A stretch of DNA of 64,000 bases. Origin: Cyanophora paradoxa CCMP329 (lineage: Eukaryota; Plantae; Glaucophyta). The position numbers and the translations under genes were made by a program. Positions 13,600-26,220 of the stretch are shown here, one piece after another. Numbering within the stretch: position 1 is the first letter of the stretch; every line of letters starts with the position of its first letter. The notes under the pieces were generated by a model. That model was not told the origin of the DNA. It did no database searches and saw only the letters and a list, made by a program, of their open reading frames with translations. The stretch covers positions 186,001-250,000 of the forward strand of contig QPMI01000626.1 in assembly GCA_004431415.1 (NCBI GenBank), written 5' to 3'.

Positions 13600-15219
13600 G
13601 GGAAACTGGTGAACAGAGTTGCTCCAAAAAGAATGGGGCGGGATCGAAATGGGGGAGGGGGGAGGGGGCTACAGGGAAATGAGGGTCGGGGGCGAGCTAG
13701 GAATCTTGGCTCTCGCCTCCTCCGCCTGGGCCTTCGTGAGCGCCTTGCAGCGGTCCGCGTGCGGCCGGTTCTCCCGCGCGTAGGGGTACGGCTGCGCCCG
13801 GAGAAACGCCGGCGCAGAGACGTACAGAGATTTGACCTCCGCTTCGCTCTTGCTGCACTGCAGCGCGTACACAGCGTCGCCTGCGGGGGTACGTCTAGTC
13901 GGCGGGGAGGGGGGTACGGAGCGCAGGATAGGTGGGGGTACAGGCGCGCACGGAACTGGCGGCGCCGCTCGGCGCTGTCGGAGGAGACTCTCGAGCGCTT
14001 CGCCTCGAGCTCTTCGGCTTCCCGATCGAGCTCCCGCTTCCTGGGGGTACGCGTCGTCGGAAAAGGGGTACGGGGACAGCGCAGGAGGGGGTAGAAGGGG
14101 AGGAATGATTGGGGGGCCTCGGTTATGGACAATAGGGTATCACCACGCATCTCGGGGACGGTAAGACAACCGCATCAGATAGGTATCGTCACGGGCGCCC
14201 GGGCTAGTAGGGCGGGGGAAGAGAGCGGGGAGGGGTACGGCACCTGTGTTCGAGGGCGTCGCAGAGGCGAGCGAACTCGGCGGCGCTGTGGGCGATCCGC
14301 TGGGTGGGTAGAGGCGGCTCCGGGACGGGAACGGAGGAGGGCGGGGGGGCGGAGGGGTCCAGGAGGGCCCGCGGGGCGTCCTTGAAGAGCTCTTTTAGGC
14401 ACTCGGCGTTCAGAGTGTACCTGCGAGCGGGCGCTCGCTCGGTCGGTGACCGAAGGGGGAGGGGGAAATGGGGAGGGGTACCGCTCGTGCGCGTCAGCGG
14501 CGGGATCGAAGAAGACGTCGTCGCGAGTGTCGGCGAGCCACTGGGGGCGAGTGAGAGGGGGGTACGGGAAAGCCCATCCAGGGGGGTACGTGCGAACCTC
14601 GAGCTCGCGCTCGCGGCCGGCGAGGAAGAGGTGGCAGAGACGGTCGGGAAGGGAGTGGCGGCGATTCGGGTCCGGGGCGGGCCCCAGCACAGAGTCCGAA
14701 TCCGGCGGGGGTACGGGCTTCGGGGCCGGGGGGTAGCCGTGGTTGGGGGGGTAGTAGCGGATAATGAGCTGAGGTGCCGGGGCGGGGCGGGGGGCGGTGT
14801 GCGGGGCGGTTGCCGGGCTGGGGACGCCCGGGCGGGCGTGGGGCGGGGCGGATGGGGGTACGGGGCCGGCGGTGGGGTAGCGGACGCCGGTTTGGGAGGG
14901 GGCCGCGGTTGGGAGGTGGGAAGCCGGGGCGGAGGCGCCGGCGGGTACGAAAGTGGCGCCGGGGGAGGGGCCGGAAAGGCTGACGCGGGAGGGGATGGGC
15001 TGGACTTCATGGGCTGGGCGGCCGGACAGGTACGAAGAGGAGAGCGGCTTGGGTTGCACCTTCGCCGGATCGATTCGCTGCGGCGGCTGCGGCTGCTGTT
15101 GCGGCGGCGGATGCTGCGGCTGCGGGAGCTGATGCTGCGGCTGCGGCTGCAAGTGGGGATGCGAGAGCTGCGGGTGCCGCTGCAGCATGGCCTGAGGGAC
15201 CTGCGGCCTGGGCTGCATG

Positions 15220-15251
<32 letters not shown>

Positions 15252-16336
15252 TTGTTGCTGCTGCTGCTGAGCGTGCAAGTGCGCGTGCGAGTGGCCCATC
15301 GCCAGAGACTGCGCCTGCGCCTGTGCGTGGGCGTGCGCCTGCGCCTGCGCCTGAGCTTGCGCCTGAGCTTGCGCCTGAGCTTGCGCCTGCGCCTGCGCCT
15401 GAGCTTGCGCTTGCGCCTGCGCCTGAGCTTGCGCTTGCGCCTGTGCCTGCGCCTGCGCCTGAGCCTGTGCCTGTGCCTGTGCTTGTGCCTGCGCCTGTGC
15501 GATCGCGGCCTGCTGCTGCTGGATCATGTGGCTGCTGTACATCGGCTGCTGCGGAGCCTGCATCTGCTGGTGGATGAGCATGGGCTGCTGTTGCATCGCC
15601 TGGCCGTGCACCGCCTGGCCTCCGAGCATCGGGTTCCCCATCGCAACGCCGTACGAACCGCCCATCGTCAGCTGCTGCTGCGGCTGCGGCTGCGGCTGCA
15701 GTTGCTGGTAGCCGTGCATGGCAAGCATAGAAGCCTCCCGGTGCTGTTGCTGCTGCTGCTCCTGCTGCAGTTGCTGCTGCTGGATCATCATGGGGTGCGG
15801 CATGGAGAGCTGCGGCGCCTGCATCGAAACCTGCTGGGCGGCCGGCTGCATCGCGTGCATTTGCAGGTGCGCCGACGCCGCCGTCGGCGAGCCCATGCCC
15901 GAAATGACTTGCGCTTGCTGCGCCTGCCGCATGATTTGCTGCTGGTGCTGGATGTAAAGCGAGCCCGCGCCGCTCATCGCCGCCGTCGGTGCTGTGTACC
16001 CGCCCGCCATGCCGGCGAGCGTCGCCAGCGCGGCGCCCTCTGCCGAGCTCTCGGCCGCAGTTCCGTGCACCTAGATCGCGCGCGCGCACGTGTCAGTTAG
16101 CGCTCGGCATGCGCAAGCGCCGCGAGGCCGGAGACCGGACCTTGCACGGCTGGCGGGAGCCTACGCAGCAATCACGGCAACAGGCGTTCGTGCAGCCGGG
16201 CGCGCTGGAGCCGATTCCGCAGCCGGCGCACAACTGCGCGATGGCGGACGGGTCAGTAAAGTTCGGCCTTCAACGCGGGGCAAGAGTGGGCGTGACGAAC
16301 AGCGTCCTGCGCCCCGCCCCTGGCTCCAGACGACAT
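13600..16336 (-). CDS. Q/AQ/P-rich protein with an N-terminal SHI/LRP1-like zinc finger, multi-exon (ends approximate)
   Basis: Splicing out 16071-16140 (GT...TAG) gives [32 protein letters not shown]; this is followed by a long exon with poly-Q and about 25 AQ repeats. Confidence 0.65.
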
Positions 16337-16467
16337 GCCTGAGCGGCGATGAATCAGATCTCTCGTCAAAGGCCGAGAGCAAAGAACAAAAAAGGAGGGC
16401 GAAGGCCGCAAACCGCCGGGGAGGTAGCCATTAGCGGAGCCTTGGTAGCTGCGAGAGCGCATAAGCG

Positions 16468-19400
16468 AATGGAGCGACGGCCGGAGCAGGCAGCCGAAAA
16501 GCACTGCAAAAGCCGTGCGCGGGGAGCGAACCTTCCGTAAGCTGGGGGCCCGGCGCCATGGCCCCAGTTCATTTCGCCCGGCAGCCGCGGGCGCCGTTCA
16601 AACGAGTCTACTCGACCTCCAACCAGCGAGATTCAATGATCGCGAGGCCGGCTCTTCGCCTCTCAAACACAAAGGTGGTGGAGCTTGGAGCGGTGGCGCG
16701 AGTTCACGACGAGCGGCCTCCGACACGCGCTTCGGAGCCAATCTGCGCGGCCGTTGCGCGAAGTTAGCGAGCAGGCCGACGCCGCGCTCCATCCTAGAGC
16801 ACGATTGTCGCGCGGTGGTCGAGGGACCGGGCACAGGTCTCGAATGGGAGCCCGTGAAAACGCGTCGAAAGCTTTCCGGTGCCGCGAGGAGCGCACCTTG
16901 GCCGCCTCGTCGCAGCCAAGTCCTTGGTTTTCGAGTTGCAGACTCAATTTCAAAGCGAGCCTACCCCGGTCGGAGCCTCGTACCCCAAGACCGAACTTGG
17001 CCGCGAGTCTTGGCGGCTGCGCATGCCAGCATGAGCCGCGACGCGAGGGCTCCTTTCGGCAGCGAAGGCCTGCGCGATGCGAGGGCACCCTTTGGCGGCG
17101 GCCTCTACCCTTCCGTGCGCCACATGCAAGCTGGAGCCGCTCGCAGCACCACCAAGCCTTAGCTACCGCCTGATGACGGTTTGCGCAGAGCTCAGCGGCG
17201 GGGCCAAGTGCCGGCGGCAGCGGGGCGCCCCGAAAGAGGCCCGAGAAGTCCGGTCGGCCGCTTGAGGAGCTGGCGGAGGCCCTCGAGCGCAACGATGCGC
17301 TCGAGCGTGAGCTGAAGAGTGCGCTGCTACGGCGTCGAGCACACCTTGCGCACCGGCTGAGTGCTCCGCCGCAGTGGCGCACCACGAGTTGAAGGCGCAG
17401 GAGGAAGCGAAGGAGCTGCTGCACAGAAAGTTCATGCAGCTGCAGCGGAAGCTGGAGAGCGAAAGCAACGACCGGGACTTCTACTCGAAGACGCTGCGGA
17501 CGGCGGAGCTCGACCGGATGAGCCTGCACGAGGAGAAGCGCGCCCTGGAGGAGCAGTGCGACCGGCTTGAGGCCGAGCTCGAGCGGCAGGCGAGCTCGCG
17601 CGCGCCTTGCGCCCTGGATCGAATCTCTCCGCTCGTCACACCCGGCGCCGCCCTTCCCGCACTCGCGCAGACGGCGGAGCTGCGGGCGCTGCAGGAGGAG
17701 AACGGCGCGCTTCGGGACGGGGCTGAGGAGGCGGCGCGCCGCGCCGACGAGCGGCGCCGCGGCGAGGAGGCGCGCGCGAAGGAGCTCGAGGCGCGATGCG
17801 CGTCCCTACAGGAATCCCTCCGGGTGCACCACTCTACTAGATTCGATCCCGCGCGCCGCTCACGCACGCGCGCGCGGCCGCGGGCCCGCAGGAGCGCGAC
17901 AAAGCCCACGCCGCGCGGGAACGGGTGCATTGTCGCCCGTACCCCGGGGAATGGGCTTGGGCCCAGCCGACGCGGGGGGGGGGGTACCGGGGAACAGGAG
18001 CTCGCGCGGCTGCGGGACGGGGCGGGCGACTTCGAGCAGCGCTACGAGGAGGAGCGGCGCCGTCGGGAGGAGGCCGAGGTGCGCGGCTCCGTACCCCTTC
18101 TCCCCGGCGAGGGGTACGCCGACGCCGACCCGCCGGCGCAGGACGAGCTCGAGAGGACGCGGCGCGAGCTCGAAGACGCGCGGCAGCAGGTTCGCACCGT
18201 CCCCCGCACGGCCGCGCCATACCCCCGCCCCGGCTGATCCCCTACCCCCCTCCCCGGACAGATCCTGGCGCTCAAGGACGACCTCGCGGTACCCCGCCGC
18301 GCCGCTTTCGACCGGGCACCGGCCCATCCGGCCGCGTAACCCCCGCGCAGAGGGAATCGGAGGGGACGGAGGGGATCCGGGAGCGTCTCGACAAGGCGAA
18401 GAGGTGTGGGGTGGGGTCGTGGGAGGGGTACGCGCGCGCTACCCGCTGAGACGCTGTACCCCCCGCCAGGGCGGAGGCGGCGCTGCAGCGGCAAGTTGCC
18501 GACCTCTCCGACGCGCGGGACAGGGCCCTGGCGAAGGTACCCGTACCCGCCGCCTCCCCTTTCACGCTTTTTTCTCTCTGTGAACTGGGGTACAGGTGGA
18601 GAGGCGGGAGGCGCGGCTGGCGTCGGCCATGGATCGAGTCGCCCAACTCGAGAAGGTGCCCCCCGCCGCCGTAGCCGCCACCGCTTGGCTAGAATATCTA
18701 CCCCACCCCACCCCCACCCCCACCCCGCCTCCCCCCACCTGCAGCCGCCGCCGCCGCCGCTTGACTAGAATATCTTGATTTAAAATGCCGACGACGGCGG
18801 CGGCGCCGTCGCTGGCCCCCCCCCCACCCCCCCCCCCCCCACCCCCACCCCCACCCGCTCCCCCCACCTGCAGCCGCCGCCCGCCGCCGCCGCCGCCGCT
18901 TGACTAGAATGTCTTGATTTAAAATCCCGACGACGGCGGCGGCGCCGTCGCTGGCCCCCCCCCCCCACCCGCCCCCCCCCACCCCCCACCCCCCCCTACC
19001 CACCCCACCCCGCCGCCCCAGCCGCCGCCGCCGCTGCCGCTTGCTGCCGCTGCCGCCTGGCTTCCAAGCTTGACTAGAAAAGCGAAATTTAGAGTTTCAG
19101 CTAAGTTTCGTCGTTTAGGGCTAGCTCGAACCTCCACGTGGATAAGTAGAACAATTACAGCTTAAGTTATAATAAGGTTCCGAGCTTGAATTATAATTAG
19201 GTTCCGAGCTTGAGTTGAGCCTCTAGATCCGAAAGGCTTAGCTTTGGGTTTCGGCTTCCCAGCCGGGCTAGGGGCCGAGCTTTCGCCTGGGGATCGATGG
19301 CGCGCGCGCACCCGGCCCTCCCCTGGCTCCTGGCTCCCGTACCCCGCGGCTCGGCCGCGACTGCGGCTTCTTCCCCGCCCTCTCCCCGCTCTTTTTTTGA

Positions 19401-20063
19401 GCTGAGCCTAACCGCCGCCGCGATTTCGCCGCAGGCGATGGCGTCGCTCGGGGAGCACCTCCAGGACACGTCGCTCTTCGCCCAGGCCCGGGTACGCAAT
19501 TGTTCCTCCGTTCTGGGGGGTGGGGGGTATCTGATTCCGCGTTCCGTGACCCGGCGCGGGCGGGCAGGAGGCGGAGGTTCGGGTCCTCAAGGAGAAGCTG
19601 AGCGAAGCGGCGGCGTACCCCTACGGCGCTGAGTCGCGCGTACCCCTCTCGCGCACGGGCTCGATCGCGTCGCGCGAGAGGGGTACCCCCCGCGGGCCGG
19701 GCCCGGGGGCGGGGGGAATGGGGAGCGCCCCCGGCAGCCGACAGTCGGCGGCGGCCGGCGGGCGGGAGCGGGCGGCCGCGGGAGCGCCAGCGACATGGGG
19801 CCGGGCCCCGCCCGCCGTGCCTCCCGCGGCCCCCTTGCCGCCCCCTCGCCCTCCTCCTCGGACGAAGGGCGGGCAGAACGCCGCCGCGGCCACCTCCACC
19901 GCCGCCGCCGCGCCGGGCGGAGCCGACGACGGCGAACGCGCCGCCGCCGCCGCCGCCGCCGCCGCTGCACCAGCGCACGGCGGGGCGGCGGCCGGCCAGC
20001 GGGGCGGCCGCAGCGAAGGGGCGGAAGCGACCGGTCGGCGCCGGCGCCGCAGCAGAGGCCGCA

Positions 20064-20104
<41 letters not shown>

Positions 20105-20290
20105 GGCCGCAGCAGCAGCAGCAGCAGCAGAGGCAGTTCGACGACCCTGACGTGGCGGACACGGGCGCGTGGTCCCGCTCGCCCCTCTCGCGGCCGGGCG
20201 AGGCGGCGCCCGGCGGCCCGCGGGCTGCTGGCGGCTGCCGCGGCCGACCGGGGCGGGGCCGGCACCTACTGGGACTTTGCCGCGGCTTAG
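16468..20290 (+). CDS. Coiled-coil protein, multi-exon (ends approximate)
   Basis: Successive E/R/L/A heptad-rich exons from 17260 to 19610 with GT/GC-AG boundaries; Q-rich terminal region. Confidence 0.65.
18680..19080 (+). repeat. Intronic tandem repeat of about 121 bp (2-3 copies)
   Basis: ttgactagaat.tcttgattt(t)aaaat.ccgacgacggcggcggcgccgtcgctgg plus a poly-C tract, at 18761 and 18900. Confidence 0.8.
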
Positions 20291-20492
20291 TTATAATTAG
20301 CACATGCGCATCGCATTCAAATGTTTTGATTTTCCGGCGGGGTGCAGCGTTCTTTGCGGCGTACAGGGGGGGGAAGGAGGGGAAGCGGGGAGGAGGGGGG
20401 CGGTGGCTCGTACAGGGGGGGGAAGGAGGGGAAGCGGGGAGGAGGGGGGGCGTCACTCGCGAGTCGCGAGTCGCGACTCGAAAAGAGTACTA

Positions 20493-20719
20493 CCGTGTAA
20501 GACTTAATACCGCGTCACAAATTAGCGCGTTCCGATTTGCGCTTTACGTATACCGCGCTACCAAATTACCGCGTTCCATCGATATCGTCTTCGAAAATGT
20601 ATTATTTGTTAGCAAAGGGGGTAATACTGCGCTACCAAAGTACTGCGTTCTAAAACTTTTGAGCGCGGTAATTTGGCAGCGCGTTAGTGAAGTCAGCGCG
20701 GTATATAAGTCTTACACGG
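20493..20719. mobile_element. MITE of Tc1/mariner-pogo type with TA target duplication
   Basis: TA|CCGTGTAAGACTTA-ATACCGCG ... CGCGGTATATAAGTCTTACACGG|TA; internal subterminal ACCGCG repeats. Confidence 0.75.
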
Positions 20720-22575
20720 TACTCCCCCGGAACCGGCCCCCGAGCCGGCCCTCCAACGCTACTGCCTCCGTCCCCAGCGCTTGCTGCCCCCGCCCACCAG
20801 CCGCCCCCCGGTGCGCCGCACTCCGACTCCGCCCCTCTGCCGTCCAGCACCGGTACCTCGTCCCCGTCGCCCCCCAGCGCCCCGCCATCCCCTAGCGCCC
20901 CGCCCCCATAGCCTTTCAGCATCCTGCCGCCCTCTAGCACCCCACCCGTCGCTCCCTAGCGGCCCACCGCCCTCTAGCGCCCCGCCCCCGCCACCCTTTT
21001 CTGCGCCCCGCTGCCCTAGTGCCCCACCGCTCTCCCGCGCCCCGTCCCCGGCGCCCCCCAGCGCCCCTTCGCCCCTCAGCGCCCCGTCGCCCCTCAGCGC
21101 CCCTCAGCGCCCCGCCGCGGCGCCCCACCCCCCCTAGCGTGAGCACGATCAGCGGCAGAACGTTAACGACTCGCGGCTCTGTATATAGAGAGCATCTCGT
21201 TCATGTCCAGAGGTGCATAATACACAATATTCTAATATCAGAAGCAGTTTTTTATTTACACGCATATTTAACCACGTTTCTATGCAGGCTTCCATTCACC
21301 CCTGTCGCAAACGAAGGCAAGTTAGCGATCAGTTCTCCGAGGCTCTCTGCCCGACGGCCTGCCAGGCTGTGCATTCTGTATTCCATCTATAGACGGCCTC
21401 GCTGCCCGACGGCCTGCCCCCCGCGTTCCGAAAGTTCTGTATTCCATCTATAGCTGGCGTCCTTGCTTTCTTTGTTCTCGACCACGCATAATGCATAAAA
21501 TTCAGGTTTGCAACTTAGCGATCTTATAATTGTTTCCGCCGCGTAATATTTAGTCCCGCGGGCATCGGCAATTTTGCAGAGGCGCGCCTTGAAAGTTGTC
21601 TTCAAGCCCGCGCCGTCGCGCGATCCCTGGATCCGGAATTCGAAGATCATGTCTCGGACTCTCTCGAGTGCCTGCGCGCGGTCCGACGAGCTCGAGGCGC
21701 CGGCTCCCATCCAGTCTGAGCTCGAGAAGGAGCTCCACCAATTTCGATGGAGCGTCGACGGCACCCTCTATCGTGCGCCCACATGGAATTTATTTTTGCC
21801 ATTTATATTTACACTGAATGACTTTCAATCTGCAGCTGATTTTGATTTGTTTCTTTTTCAGTTTCTACAAAACGCCTGATCATCGTCGACATGGCTTCGC
21901 GAATCCTTACAAGTCCTTGCAGCGTCATCGCAATTCCCCTCCTCTCTATTTTCAACAAAAAGTTCGAGGTGCAATCCTGCGTCGTGAAAACAATTCACGA
22001 ACTCACAGCATCTATTCGAATCACGCCAATGAATGCAGGAGCGGCCGATGCGGGCCCCGCGCATGAAAACGGTTCATTCGAAATATATCGATAGAGTGCA
22101 TCGAGGAAAAGGGTTCTCTCGCGCGAGTCAAGCTGTAAGCCGCTTGCGAAAATTCCTCAGCACCGTTTAATTCGCGCTGGGACGGGCTAACTGCGAGTGT
22201 TTAATTTCTCGTCAGGGAGCGGTTCTTCTTTGCGCTGCTCTCGAGGCTCTGCGAGGCGCGCTATGCTCCAGTCACTGAGTTTCGGTACCGGCAGCGAGCA
22301 CTCCGGTCGCGGAGGGAGAACCGAGTCATACCAATCGCGACGAAAAGCCCTTCGCGGCCAAGGCCAACCCCGTCAGCTGCAGCGGACTCCTCCAGACCCT
22401 CTCACCACCAGCATCTTTCTGTCAGCCTTTCATTTAAAAAATCAGAGCTTATAATTACGTCCGATGGTCTAATAGCCACTTACTTGGCTGTCTTAACAGC
22501 TGCGCAAGCGAGCGAATTCGAGGCCTCGAGCCTTTCCGGCTCTGAAACTTCGAATTCGGAGGGCGCCAGTGCCGG

Positions 22576-23097
22576 CGCAGGAGCCGGCCGCGGCTCCGGT
22601 GGTCGCGATATCGATCGCCCCGCGGATTCGAAGAGACGGTCTTCAGGCTCCCTCCGTTCCAGCTTGTCGTCCTTCCTCAAAGCGCCGTTCGCTCTGAATT
22701 CCAAGGCCTCCACGAGGCTAGGCCTCCGTTCGCGGTCGCGATCGAGATCCGCCCCTTCTGCAATGGAGCACGAGCTGCTGCTCCAGGGCGCCTTGGAATC
22801 GGGGCCCTCCGCCTCCGCGACCCCCTCGACCGCGCCGAGAGCAGGAGCCGGCTCCGGAGCTCGCCCCGCGGGTTCGAATTCAAAGAGACGGTCCTCCGGA
22901 TCCGGCCCCCTCCTTTCCAGCTTGTCGTCCCTTCTAAAAGCGCCGTTCGCTTTGAATTCCAGCTCCTCCAAGCCAGCTGCCAGCAGCGCCCTAGGCCTAG
23001 GCCTGGGGCTTGGCCTCCGTTCGAATTCGCGGTTGCGATCGCGATCGACCCCCTTCTGGGACCGCGATCGAGCACGAGCTGCTCCTCCAGGGCGCCT
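22576..23097 (+). repeat. Diverged tandem duplication (2 copies of about 220-260 bp)
   Basis: aagagacggtc...ttccagcttgtcgtcc...aaagcgccgttcgct...gagcacgagctgct..tccagggcgcc occurs twice. Confidence 0.75.
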
Positions 23098-23475
23098 CGC
23101 CCGCGACCGGCTCGACCGCGCCGACGACGGCGCGCCTCCTCGTCCCGGCCTTCGACCGCGATTCGGGCGGCCTGGCATACCTTCCGGCCCCTCCCGCGCT
23201 GGCGCCGGAGGGATGGGTGCCGGTCGCTCTGTCGAACCCGAAGACGGGCGAGATCTTCCTCACAGAGGTACACATCTTCTTAAATGTGATTCAAGAGTTC
23301 TCGAGAAAAAGCGACCGATATCTGTATTTATATTAACTTCTTCCAATGCGGCAGGAGCGGGCGCCGTCGCCGAACGCCGCCGCCGGAAAATCGGATGCGG
23401 ATCGGGAGGCGCAGCTCCGGTGGACCGTAGGGCAGCTGAGGAGCCTCGGCAGGCGCCGGCGCTCCTACCTATAGT

Positions 23476-23621
23476 GGCTTTCGATTCTTTCGATCATTGC
23501 ATTGCATTTCGCTTCATAACTCCAGATATCTTTCTTCGCTTGATAAATATATAGAAAGCGAAGAAAGATATCTGGAGTTATGAAGCGAAATGCAATGCAA
23601 TGATCGAAAGAATCGAAAGCC
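23476..23621. repeat. Perfect 66-bp inverted repeat with a 14-nt loop
   Basis: 23476-23541 is the exact reverse complement of 23556-23621. Confidence 0.95.
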
Positions 23622-25009
23622 TAGTACATTTCAATTTCACTTCCGTCTGTCTCTTGATCTCTAATTTACTCGTACGCGTCATGACATCGATGGCATGATA
23701 TCATTTTCAGTGTAATGATGGATTATCATCGCGCTATATCACGGCGTGCGCACGTTGTAGTCAGACTGAATCGCCAGAGCACAATATTTCGAACTTCTCC
23801 ATTAGATTTCCACTTCCTTTCGATTTAATTTCTTCTTGCGTGCGATTGCGCCTTACAATCATCGAATTTGTGTCTGGAACAAGATAGATTCAATTAATCG
23901 CGAGAAACCACATGCTTTGAACCACATGCTTTGAAAACACATGCCGCAGTGCCGTGGCCGCAGGTCAGGCCGGGCTGCAGCTGTCTGCCTCCGCCGCGGG
24001 CCGGACCGGTCGGCGGCAAGTTTGAATGAAAGCGGGCTGGGTTCCAGTCCCGGCTCCTGCCTCCGGGTCTTCCTCCTCGCTTCTCCGGATCGCTGCGACC
24101 GGTACCGGTACCGGTACCGGTCAACGTTCGATTCGGGTCGACGTCGGCCCGCCGCGCTCGCCCCCCCGCCGGCGCCCAGCGGCCTAGAGGACGCCGTCCT
24201 CGTCCTCCTCCAGGTCCCACCGCTCCAGCGCGCGATCGCCCTCGCGATCGCCCGCCGCCCCCTGCCCGACGGCGAGCGCGCTGGAGCGAGATTTTAAGGT
24301 GAAAGGGCAGGGGAGAGCACTAGGCGTGCCCGCAGAGGCGGGCGGTGTCACTACTGGGGCCCCCCCCAGTTCCAATGGTTCGGAATCATGAAGTTTGCTG
24401 GCAAAACTGTGACTATTGTAAATCGGAACAACGAAGTTCCCAACTTCGTTCGCACTATGCACAGCTCTCGTACGATCATGTAGTACCGACAGCGTCAGTT
24501 GCAACGAGAGCAATCCAGAGCTGTCCACAGAGAACAAGGCGCGGCCGGGGCGCGGCACAGGGCACCCGGGGAGCACTATCAGTGCGCTAGGGCAGCTAAG
24601 TAGGGGTCATAGCTACGACTGGCATCGCAGGCGCGGCTCCGGAGCTCGGTTGCAGTCGCCGAGTCGACCAGCGCCGGCGGCCTCCTGAGCGCTTTCGAAC
24701 GCTAGCTATGGCTGTGTGTTCGTGTTTGATGCGTGCGCGGCCCGCGCCGGGCTTCTCGATAGAGGTGCCGACCGCGCGCCTTGTAGGAAGCGCGCACGCG
24801 GGCCGCGTCAGTGCCAACGCCTTGCTCGGAAGGCCTTTGTGCTATAGAGACCGCGTTTGCACAGCTAGAGCCCGCGGTTCCCGGTGTGCCGTGGCTCGTT
24901 GGGGTACTGCGTGCTGGCAAGTGGTGCTAGTACCCCCAAGCGGCGAAGCGCTGACAAGCGGAGCCGGCTGAAGAAAGTGCGCTAAATCGGGCCTTACTGG
25001 TCAGATCGG

Positions 25010-26220
25010 ACGGCGGCGCAACTCGTCTTGCCGTACGGGGCGGGGGCTCGGGGGGCGGCGGCGGCGCGGCTCACCGCACGGCGCCGGGGCTCGGCGGGCG
25101 GCGGCGCGGCTCACCGCACGGGCGGAAGCTCGACGGGCGGCGGCGCAGCTCGACGGGCGGGGCGGCGGCGCGGTGGGCGACGGCGCGGCTCCCCGGCGGG
25201 GCGGAGACTCGTCGGGCGGCGGCGCAGCTCGACGGGCGGGGCGGGACGCGGCGGACGGCGGTGCGGCTCGCCGGGCGGGCGGCGGCGCGGCGGGCGGCGG
25301 CGCGGCTCGCCGGGCGAGGCGGAGGCTCGGCGGGCGGCGGCGCGGCTCGCTGGGCGGGGCGGAGGCGCGGCAGGCGGCGGCGCGACTCGCCGGGCGGGGC
25401 GGAGACTCGGCGGACGGCGGCGCGGCACGCCGGGCGGGGCGGCGGCGCGGCGGGCGGCGGCGCAGCTCGCCGGGCGGGCGGCGGCGCGGCGGGCGACGGC
25501 GCGGCTCGCCGGGCGGGCGGACACTCGTCGGGCGGCGGCGCAGCTCGACGGGCGGGGCGGGGACGCGGCGGGCGGCGGCGCGGCTCTCCGGGCGGGGCGG
25601 GGCGCGTCGGGCGGCGGCGCGGCTCGCCGGGCGGGGCGGAGACTCGTCGGGCGGCGGCGCGGCTCGACGGGCGGGGCGGGGGCGCGGCGGACGGCGGCGC
25701 GGCACGCCGCACGGGGCGGGGGCGAGTCGGGCGGCGGCGCGGCTCGCCGGGCGGGCGGAGACTCGGCGGGCGGCGGCGCGGCACGCCGGGCGGGGCGGGG
25801 CGCGGCGGGCGGCGGCGCAGCTCGCCGGGCGGGGCGGCGGCGCGGCGGGCGACGGCGCGGCTCGCCGGGCGGGCGGACACTTGTCGGGCGGCGGCGCAGC
25901 TCGACGGGCGGGGCGGGGGCGCGGCGGACGGCGGCGCGGCACGCCGCACGGGGCGGGGGCGAGTCGGGCGGCGGCGCGGCTCGCCGGGCGGGGCGGAGAC
26001 TCGGCGGGCGGCGGCGCGGCACGCCGGGCGGGGCGGCGGCGCGGCGGATGGCGGCGCGGCACGCCGGGCGGGGCGGCGGCGCGGCGGCGGCAGCGCGGCT
26101 CGCCGGGCGGGGCGGCGGCGCGGCGGGCGGCTTTGCGGACGGCGGCGCGGGTCGCAGGGCGGTGCGGCGGCACGGCGGGCAACAGCTCCGCGGCGGGGCT
26201 CGCCGCACGGGGCGGGGGCT
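25010..26220. repeat. Extremely GC-rich minisatellite (variable units of about 37-40 bp)
   Basis: gggcggcggcgcggctcgccgggcggggcgg... repeated about 30 times; open in all frames. Confidence 0.9.

Noticed and set aside
14304-16100. 598-aa plus-strand L/R-rich ORF
   Set aside because: Antisense shadow of the Q/AQ-rich minus-strand exon.
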